Below, one piece after another: positions 55,479-64,000 of a DNA stretch of 64,000 bases. Position numbers and translations under genes: made by a program. The number at the start of each line of letters is the position of its first letter. Within the stretch, counting starts at the first letter, position 1. The DNA is from Epithemia pelagica (taxonomy: Eukaryota; Protista; Bacillariophyta). The stretch lies in assembly GCA_946965045.2 (NCBI GenBank), contig OX337241.1:62001-126000 (forward strand), written 5' to 3'. The notes beneath the pieces are model-generated. The model worked only from the letters and a program-made list of their open reading frames with translations, searched no databases and was not told where the DNA came from.

Positions 55479-55938
55479 GGTGTCTCTCTCTCTCTCGATG
55501 TTATTGTCGTCGGTTAATGGATTGTGTTGCAGCAAGAGTGACGACGTGAGAGCGCCTGCAGATGTACACTTTATCGCTTTTACTTCCATTCACTATAACC
55601 TATAGAGTACGTCTGAATCATTCAACATTCAAAGTAGTATTCATAGTTTCTATGCTAGAGGGCCCTGCGGCCAGTCCGCCAATCCCTAAGACTTTTCCAA
55701 TCCAAAGCACATTCATCATGAAAGAGTTGTCCAATCCAAAGCACATTCATAGAAACTACAATCAAGTTTCCTCACCTAAGGAAAGGTGAGGATAATGCGT
55801 TCAATCAGAGTTGCAGCTATCCAAAAGGCGTAGAGTGGCTCAAAAGATCATGGTAGTTAAAAATAGGTTACCCAAAATAATCTAAAAAAGCTCTAAAACG
55901 ATGCAGTCCATAGCATCCGATAAAAATCCTCTCGCTTG

Positions 55939-57024
55939 TCATTTCAAGAGCGACACGAGTCCGGCTTCGGGTCCGTCGGGACACCGACCCAATTGTCGTT
56001 CCAATTCTTCCAAATCTCGTTCGAGCATGTATTCTTGCAGGGCCATGCCACGGCTCTTTTGAATTTTGCGATTTTCCTTTTGAATCCGCGCCATGCACGA
56101 GTGAATCGATCGTTTGGGTGGACCAAAGGGTTCCCCTCCCGTTTGAGCAGCTTCCACGACAATGGCCCGGCGTTCGCACGCCGTCCGACGACGAACGGCT
56201 TCTCCGGTGGAGGCACTACCACTCTTCTGGGTATGACAGGGAGCCGAGAGGGTGGACGGTCTCCGACTCGACGACGACGACGATCGCTTGGTGGATTTCT
56301 TGGCTTTGGATTTAGAGTGGCGGTGCGGTTCCTGCTCTTTCGGTTGCGGGAGCGGAATGGTTTCATGAAACAAGGCCTTCCAGGCCAAGGTCAAGGGGGG
56401 ACCTTCTTCCACCGAAGGATGATCGCCCAAGATACATTCATGATGGGATTCAATGACATGAGAAAACTGGACCGATTTGCTCCCCGCCGAGGAGGAACAC
56501 GAGGCCATACTGCTGCTCTTGTGGTGGTAGTTCCGGGAAACCCGACTTTGGTGGGCTGTGGATTGCCGGACCTGTGGTTCGTCCTCTACTCCAATCGAGC
56601 TACTTTGCTTGAGAATCGAAGGCAAGGGTCTCTTGTGGCCACTCGTACTTGTACTACTGCCTTGTATTCTGGCGGTACTGCTCGTACTGCTGCTAGCACA
56701 TGGTTCCGGGTCACTGTTGCTGCTACTACTGCTTTCGCTGCAGTCTTCACGGGAAAAGTATTCTGCCATGGTGGCTTCGTCAAAGTCATCTTCGACAAAG
56801 AATTTATTGCACAAGCCTCGTCGTCGCAAAAGCATTTTTTGGTTACTGTGGTGGTTGCTGTTTGGCTTTTTCATGGGCGTGCGGGGTGATTGCCAAAACA
56901 AGAGCTTGTTGCGAAGGTGCAAGGGCAACTTTTTGGTAGTGTGGGTGGGTGGATGCACTTCTGGAGGACTCTCTCGGCGGTCGAAAATTGCGTAGAGTTT
57001 TCGAGTGTTTCGATATCTAGGCAC
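55939..57024 (-). CDS. Uncharacterised protein with a VQF...ILGDHPSV..GPPLTLAW motif
   Basis: Intact ORF with PSILK, KSVQFSHV...ECILGDHPSVEEGPPLTLAW and ERRAIV motifs; otherwise S-rich. Confidence 0.75.
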   Translation of the reverse strand: MPRYRNTRKLYAIFDRRESPPEVHPPTHTTKKLPLHLRNKLLFWQSPRTPMKKPNSNHHSNQKMLLRRRGLCNKFFVEDDFDEATMAEYFSREDCSESSSSSNSDPEPCASSSTSSTARIQGSSTSTSGHKRPLPSILKQSSSIGVEDEPQVRQSTAHQSRVSRNYHHKSSSMASCSSSAGSKSVQFSHVIESHHECILGDHPSVEEGPPLTLAWKALFHETIPLPQPKEQEPHRHSKSKAKKSTKRSSSSSSRRPSTLSAPCHTQKSGSASTGEAVRRRTACERRAIVVEAAQTGGEPFGPPKRSIHSCMARIQKENRKIQKSRGMALQEYMLERDLEELERQLGRCPDGPEAGLVSLLK

Positions 57025-58444
57025 GGAACGCTATGGGCAAAAGAACGACGGCAGCGAACGAGAAAAAAGTGAGACAATCCAGAAAACCATCCAAAATCCA
57101 AACCGAAAGAGGGACGTCACATCTCTGTCTGTAGCTCTGGGTTGTGACGAATAGCACTGCAAAACTAAAGGCACGTAAGAAAGCCTCAGCGTTTCAACCA
57201 TCTGTGTATGGACATGTTCCATGTCTTGGTTTCGACCGAAAAGGTAACAACTCCCAAGAGGGCAGTAGTATGAGTCACATGATATCAGCTGTCGATAGTT
57301 CGTGGGGCACATGCAAGGAAACATTCACTAGGTAGTTCGTTCGTCAATGTATTCCACTCGGGACTCAATTATTTGTACTCCAGAATCCGACGGTCCAAGT
57401 CATTTGCACCGGGTTGATTTATCGTCGCTTTCCAATGGACAATCCATGCAGTCTTTTCTCTCTGTATTCTGTTAAGCCTCCAAGTTCCGGCAGCAGTTTG
57501 TGAATTTGTGAGTGCTCCTTGTCCTGCGTGTTTGGTGTCATACAGCGAATCTCAGTGCCGGGGGCAACAACGCATAAGTCCTCGACTCCATGGATGATGT
57601 CGAAACACTCGGCGACGAGTAGCAAGTTGCTGCAAGTGACAATTGACAATGGCTCGTTCGGTTGTAGATGTACGGTCCGCTACTCCTCGTTCCACATCAA
57701 CTCAAGATACAATCTGCAAAGATGGGCCGATTGCAAACAGGAGCAGATTGAAACGCTGCGCGCTTGAAAAGAACTACCCATCCCAGATCCCAGCCCCATC
57801 CAGATCCAGAAGTGTGATCCGACGGGACCGAGCATCCACGATATGGGTCGATTTTTTTGGCGGAACTGACAAACGCGACTCTACTGCGTTTTAAGGATGG
57901 AAGCTACGTAGCTCGCAGGACTATACCCCCCAAAAGTCAACACTAGGTAGAACATGGATCGCCATGTGGGACACCTTGCCTGGTTGAGAAACAAGAAAAT
58001 GATCCAGTGACAAGGTAATGATGAGGCTATGCCAATCATGATAGTATTATCGTCAAGAACAATCCTATACGGCATAGCTCCGAACGTTGGTGTCCTCCAT
58101 TCACAGCGACTCGTAGTTTGGAGCAATACTACTACTGTTCCGTCGACCCAGTCGTCCGGTGGTATCACACACAGAGAAAGGTACACTGGAACAAAATCTC
58201 CCCAACTCCCATTCATTCTGGACTATTCTGGTGGAACAGGGTGATCTACAGTCACTAGTGAATCTATGGATAAAAAAGGATTGTACTATATCGACATCGT
58301 TTCTTCTCCGTGTGTGTTTCATTCTAGATAGGAGTGTAGATTGCTTGGTTGGTGGAACTCAGAGTTCCCACCACTGTGTCTCGTGCATGAGGACGTCGTT
58401 GGAACCGACTCGCCGATCGAGTCGAACAAGGTGGTGGACTGTAT

Positions 58445-59239
58445 CTACATTTGAACAGGATCCAACACGACCCCGGCAAGGACGGCCACGAGGAGGACGG
58501 CCACGACACCAATGGCGGCAATCACGGCACCCCGTTGTTCTTCTTCGGTTTGCAATTCGACCAAACATTGACTCAAATCATTTTCCAGGCCGCCCACTTC
58601 GCATTCGGTAATGCGATAAAAGTACCCACCCGGTTCCAACCCCGAATTGTCCAAATACCGATAGACGCCACCGTCCAAGCCCTTGCTTTGCAAAGGACCA
58701 TAGTCTTGATACGAGGCAATGACTTGAAACTCCTTGGTCTTGACGGGACGACGCTTGACCAAAAAGCCTTCGGTGTATTTTTCATTGGCCGTGGCCCATT
58801 CGAGTTCGACCATGGTTCCATCAATAATTTTGCTGCGGAGCCCGGCACCCGACAATTCTTGAGCCTGCGAGTCACTCGACAAGACCCCGCGCGTTTCCTT
58901 TTCTTCTTCGGCGCGTCGTTGGCGGGCATTTTCCTTTTCTTGCAACAATTGACGAATTTGTTGTTCGTCCTGGCCGCCATCCAACCACGGCGCGTATTGA
59001 AAGCCGCGTTCGTTGGTGAATTTGCCCATTTTCTTTTGCGTTTCCAATTCTTCTTCCACCAATTGCTCCATATCGTCCGTGTTGCTGTTATTGTCCGACA
59101 GGTAGACACGTACATGACCCGCACGAGACGACACGAGGGGAGATCCCATGCCTGTTGGTGCGGAAAGAGGACCGACAAAGGCCTGTGTTTCCGAACATGC
59201 CAAGAAGGACGCGAGAAGGATGGACACAAAGGTATTCAT
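58445..59239 (-). CDS. Plastid-targeted protein with a beta-sandwich-like (Fn3/Ig-like) domain and a C-terminal TM anchor
   Basis: Signal peptide MNTFVSILLASFLACSETQA-F plus transit peptide; VELEWAT..E....GF.V.RR...Y.Y.D...PG.YFYRI; C-terminal hydrophobic helix. Confidence 0.78.
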   Translation of the reverse strand: MNTFVSILLASFLACSETQAFVGPLSAPTGMGSPLVSSRAGHVRVYLSDNNSNTDDMEQLVEEELETQKKMGKFTNERGFQYAPWLDGGQDEQQIRQLLQEKENARQRRAEEEKETRGVLSSDSQAQELSGAGLRSKIIDGTMVELEWATANEKYTEGFLVKRRPVKTKEFQVIASYQDYGPLQSKGLDGGVYRYLDNSGLEPGGYFYRITECEVGGLENDLSQCLVELQTEEEQRGAVIAAIGVVAVLLVAVLAGVVLDPVQM

Positions 59240-59526
59240 GGTGGATGGAATCAAGAAAGGAGAGTAGATTGATGAATAATGGTTAAGGAGTACTGTGTTG
59301 TTGTTGCCGCAACGATTGGGTGATCTTCTCATTTCCTGCTCATTGTTGACCCATTCCGAGTCAGTTCCGTGTCAGCAACGAGATACCACCACCGAGATTT
59401 GCAAGTGACGCACAATCGGACCAACGTCATTCCATTTGAAATTTTTGAAATTTCAAAAGTGAAGTTCAAACGTCTGCGTCACGGATGCTTCAAGATCGGG
59501 AAAATCGACCAATGGTGAGAATGACG

Positions 59527-60442
59527 ATGATGAAGTTGTTGTTGGTGAACCTTTTGGCGTTGTATATAGCCCCCTTGGCTCAGGCCTTGGCTCCTCGTAA
59601 GTGTGTGTGTATGTGTGTGCCATGGATGGATCTGCTTTCGCGCGACACCTCGAAAGCTGTGTTCCGAAAAAGGACCGTGAGGCGTGATGGTGACACCCTC
59701 CTTTCAAACAACAGGATTGTCCACTCACACAATGATGGATTGGATCTCTCTCGTGTTTCATCTTTTGGGTTGGTTTCGTGTGGAACACCTCGCGTTTCGA
59801 TGTGCTAATGTCGCGATCCTATTCTCTAGGTGCTACACCCACCAAGACGACCACGACACTCCCACCCTTTGTGGCGCACGTGCAAAAGGCCTCGGCCAGT
59901 GTGTTTGCCGCCGCCACCATTGCCGCCGTCTCGGCCTTTGGTCCCACTCCCGACGTCGCTCAAGCGGCGGATTCCGTATATGTTCAGGATGCCGCCCCGA
60001 CCGTGATGGTATCGGAAAAGGTGATTCGCGAAGGAATTTACCGAGAATACGAAGTCGAAGTCCCCGATCAAGTCTATGACGATGCTCGATCCACGTTCAA
60101 GACGGCCAAGGAAACCAAATCCAAAAAGGGTAAGTGTCGAGTGTAGTGACCGTGTAGTGCTTATATTGTTGGCATTTGGACGGACCGTCTCATGCATTGT
60201 TTGGATGGATGGATGATTCTACGTGTCTCTCTCTCTCTGTTGGGTGTCTTGTGTGTGTCAACGTTCCTATTGTGTATATAGGCAAGTACACGGCCTTGTT
60301 GGCCATTTTGATTGTGGGAAGTTTTGTCATTCCCATGGCCCAATATTTTTGGTATGTGCGAGATGACGATTCGACCGAACAGTTTTTTGGACAAACGCAA
60401 AAAGTAGAAGAACCACCTCCCAAGAAAAAGGGATGGTTCTAA
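59527..60442 (+). CDS. Three-exon plastid-targeted membrane protein, probably thylakoid
   Basis: Exons 59527-59596, 59830-60129 and 60282-60442 join in phase 1 through GTAAGT...TAG introns. Signal peptide MMKLLLVNLLALYIAPLAQA, then a second hydrophobic segment ending AQA-A (lumen-signal-like), and TM YTALLAILIVGSFVIPMAQYFWY. Confidence 0.8.
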
Positions 60443-61741
60443 CAAGACTCTATATTATGGAAAAAACCAAGCTACTACGCCACTGTGTGAGGAAGACTAG
60501 ACTACCACTAGTTGGAACCGCAGGCATGGCAAGGGCATTCTGGCAATGTCCTCGAACGAATATACCATTTATAAGGAGAGAAACAACAGAGCTCGCCTAC
60601 CTACACGTGTAACCGAGAAATAGTTCTTGTGTTTGTGGTGGCATGTCGTTTGTTCGTCTTTTGTGTGTGCGTTCTTTCCATGAGAATTGGGCGTCAAATG
60701 TCGAATCCTTTGTTGGGTGCTCCACAAAATGAAACGAAACGAGCACGATCGTATGGAAGGGGTCGGGTGTTCATCGATAATACTTGGAGGGGTGTAGACG
60801 CTGGAAACGAGGTGCTGTGGGTGGGTGATCCCCCCTCTCGGAACCCCAAACTCTCTACTCCTAAAAGAGAGATGGGAGGTCTGTTCCATCCTCCACCGTA
60901 CAACAAGACTAGTTAGGTAGACCTGGCCTTGGGAGATATACACAAGAGCTACTGTCAGTGTCGTATACTTCCTCGTCACTCGCTCGCAGCAACCAGAGAC
61001 CCTTGCCGTCCAGGATTGACTTGTCTTGTGGGTTCGGACTGTTACCTACTATATGTAATATAAAAAAGTAGGTCGAATCCTCTCTCTCTCACACACACAA
61101 CTCTAAAAAGCTACTCGCACGAACGCCGTGGTGTCGTGAATAAGGCTGTTCTTGATCTACAATACCTCGACTCTAGTCGCTCGACACGACGAGACCTGCA
61201 TGTTGGAAGGGTTGTTCTAGGTAGATCGTTGCTATAAAATGCATAGAAGTGTTCTTGGTATTAGTTCCCCGCTTCATGGGAGTAGCCGTGGGAAAGGATT
61301 GCAGGATCTATTCCATATCTTCATCATCTGAGATCTGCGAGATATGATGTGGTCGAGAAGATAGAGGGGCCCAGCTCATTCTCCAAACGCGACTGCATTT
61401 TGGTCTTGGTGCGGACACATGACAAGACTAAATATCGTCGTTGAGTCGTTTAGCGGTTTGGCTCTCTCACAATTTTGGCAAGGGCTTCCTGGATGGAGAC
61501 CATCATGTGATTCAAACAACATGTAATTGTTCCATTGGGTCTCCTTCATCGCCAACAATCACAACACACACGCTTCCATATAACACACATCCTACATCTC
61601 TCTTTGCTACGTAACAACGAAGTGGACCGAACAGGATCGCCAATCATCCAAGAGCCTTTGTTTGGATTGTGGATTCGCCAAGGTTACCACCACCACAAGC
61701 ACCAGAAGAAGAAGAAGAAGAAGAAGAAGAAATTCAAGACA

Positions 61742-62770
61742 ATGCTGCCCAGCTTTTTGATTGGAACGACAACCACACCTTCCTCCACGGTCGAGACCGC
61801 AACCGCAACCGCAACAAGCATACCCTGCGAGCAAGAGGAACTGGAGGTTGTGAACAATAATAACACTGAGGATGACGATGATGACAACTCGATTGTCGAA
61901 GTGGTGACCACGTCCAGCTCCAAATCGGTACGATCATCGTCGCCTCGTCGCATGTTTTCCAGAAGCAACCGAAGTAGTAGCAGTCTCCGCAAACGAGTCT
62001 CTCATCATCATTCATCAGTGACGGAAGATTCTCTGGATGCAACGACCACCATGGCATCCTCCTCCACCGACTCGTTGTCGTCGTCGTCCAAAACCGCCAA
62101 AGACAGACCATCGATTGTCCAACGGTGTACCAGTCCGTTTCGATCCTCCACAACAACAAGAACAACAACGACCAAAGCCACATCTTCTCCTCCTAGCTCT
62201 GCAACGTCCATGACCTCTACGACGAATACGGCGACTGACAAATCGTGTGACAAGCAACAACCACCACTTGTCCAGCGACGATGTACCAGTCCTTTTCGAT
62301 CCGAGTCTACTGCTACTACTAGTAGTAGCACTACCACCAATACTACGACAAAGAATCAAGAAACCGTCACGGGCAATCCGACCTTGGACAAGCACTTGCG
62401 CAAGGCTCGCAAGGCTGGTGCCTCGGCCAAGTCGTTGCAACGAGCGGCCAACTTGGCCCATTGTGTGGGGTTGAAAACACGGGCGGCCAAATTGCAGCGC
62501 ACGGCCCAAGTGGCCGAATTGGCCGGTCGGTTTGCCCATGCCGCCGATCACAATCCGTACGTCAAGCAAGCCTTACAACAACCGCTCGTGCAAACCTTGG
62601 TGGCATGTACCGGCAAAACCGCCGTCAAACTCATGGTGCCCAAGAATACCACCACGACCAGCAGCAGCAAAAAGACAGCTTCTTCTTCTCCGCGACGCTC
62701 TCGACAATCGTCCTCGTCGTCCTCGAGCTGGACCGGTACGTTCTTTCCAACCACCACCACCGCCAAATAA
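61742..62770 (+). CDS. Uncharacterised S/T-rich protein with a basic helical C-terminal region
   Basis: 342-aa ORF from ATG 61742, with repeated QRCTSPFRS and an A/K/R-rich helical segment. No family recognised. Confidence 0.7.
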   Translation: MLPSFLIGTTTTPSSTVETATATATSIPCEQEELEVVNNNNTEDDDDDNSIVEVVTTSSSKSVRSSSPRRMFSRSNRSSSSLRKRVSHHHSSVTEDSLDATTTMASSSTDSLSSSSKTAKDRPSIVQRCTSPFRSSTTTRTTTTKATSSPPSSATSMTSTTNTATDKSCDKQQPPLVQRRCTSPFRSESTATTSSSTTTNTTTKNQETVTGNPTLDKHLRKARKAGASAKSLQRAANLAHCVGLKTRAAKLQRTAQVAELAGRFAHAADHNPYVKQALQQPLVQTLVACTGKTAVKLMVPKNTTTTSSSKKTASSSPRRSRQSSSSSSSWTGTFFPTTTTAK

Positions 62771-64000
62771 AGAGAGAGAGAGGCAAAAGGACACGACAGA
62801 TATGGTTGGTTCTTGTGGCATGTGGATCGCGGTCCATGCTAGAATTGTATCTATTGCGTGGTCGTCCGCGTCTCTGGAAACGTAGAGCCGGTCCAGGCTG
62901 CACATACACACACAAAGGTCTGTGGTGGACATATTCCTGTTTCCTGGTGTCTTCCTGGACCTTGCGGCAGTGTGTGGACCAATGATATGGGAATGATGAT
63001 TGTCCTTCTTTGCTTCATTGGAACACAAAATAGGAATAATGATGGATTGTCCAAAGCAGTATTGGTCGCGGAGAAACAACAAACGACGGCCTCTGGTCAC
63101 GAAACGTATGGTACATCTCTCTCATGAGAGAAACTGCAGGGCTGCCCAGTCGGCCAACAAAACGATTGGTAGATAACGTTGGAATGGCTTTCTTCAACAA
63201 CAGAATGATGTCCGATCCCCATCTCCTATTATTACTACTACGGCTTGTCCAGCAGAGTCGCTACTATACTATAGAAAGGATTCCACCCCATTCGTCTGTG
63301 CTTTCAGTGGCCGATCCACTCGTACCTTATCAGCTTCCTACAAGCGCGAGGTGCGTGGCCGAACGGCATGGATGGAACCTCCATCCCAACTCTTTTCGGC
63401 ACGGTTGTGCAGAGAGCAACTGTTGTATCCGAGAGAAAGAGTGTCTGTTTGTGTCACCCAATGCTTTGGTTCTCACGAGCCTCCACTAGAGAGAGCGACG
63501 AAACCACTAGAGGGAACGGGAATAACTACAGAGTTAAAAAATAATGTGTTGACTCATTACGTAATTGCCAAGTTTGACAAGTCGAACAATACGAAATCCT
63601 AGTCACGCAGCGAACGGCCAACTGAAGTTAGGTTTTGACGTGTGTCAGAAGGGCAAACATTGACATTCATCCATCTGTCCCAAGACGAGACTTGCGCGCT
63701 GCTGATAGTGTGACAGCAGGAGAAGATGGTTCGATTACACAACCAACATTGGAGCGCCATACACGGGTAGAGAGACCACAACATCTGGAGGTGATGATTT
63801 GTAGGACACTTTGGTTGACAATGTTTGCTTGGATACTATCAACAGATGGTCCAGAACGACTACGTCAATCGTCCAGGATTCGCAGTTCGCAGGTGGGCCA
63901 TTCGAACCAATTGTCGTCCCCCCAACACAAAAAGACGCACTTCTCGGAAAACAATGGTGTTGGGAGTTGATAGATCTTCCAACTTTGAAGATCTGCAGAG

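Noticed and set aside
55936-56889. 317-aa plus-strand ORF
   Set aside because: Antisense shadow of the minus-strand gene at 55939..57024.
57031-58322. Short ORFs (e.g. 57419..57649) as a possible gene or TE relic
   Set aside because: All under 115 aa, closed by nearby stops, with no recognisable domain or terminal repeats.
58451-59272. 273-aa plus-strand ORF
   Set aside because: Antisense shadow of the plastid-targeted gene.

Overview
Eukaryotic nuclear DNA, most likely from a diatom. Support for this: bipartite plastid-targeting presequences with (S/A)AF-type cleavage motifs, short GT-AG introns, compact gene spacing and low-complexity Q/N/T-rich proteins. The standout is a 10,444-bp DNA transposon at 13867-24310. 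It has imperfect 26-bp terminal inverted repeats starting CACTGCA, a 2-bp GT target-site duplication and CAGTTGA subterminal repeat arrays. It carries four genes: a CMC (CACTA/EnSpm-like) DDE transposase broken by two in-frame stops, a divergently transcribed multi-exon gene with a C-terminal Cys cluster, a class-III PLP aminotransferase-like cargo gene with one frameshift, and an intact orphan ORF. The left part holds a mosaic tandem family of GRDP/DUF1399-like genes; a fourth, distant member lies at 46.3-48.0 kb. Host genes include a plastid CGFS glutaredoxin, two Kelch proteins, an HTTM-domain protein, a large disordered IQ-motif protein, a putative rhamnosyltransferase-like protein, a DEAD-box helicase, ATP23, NDUFA6, two head-to-head plastid-targeted proteins and several unknown proteins. 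No rRNA, tRNA or CRISPR array was found. All family assignments come from motif recognition by eye; no database search was run.
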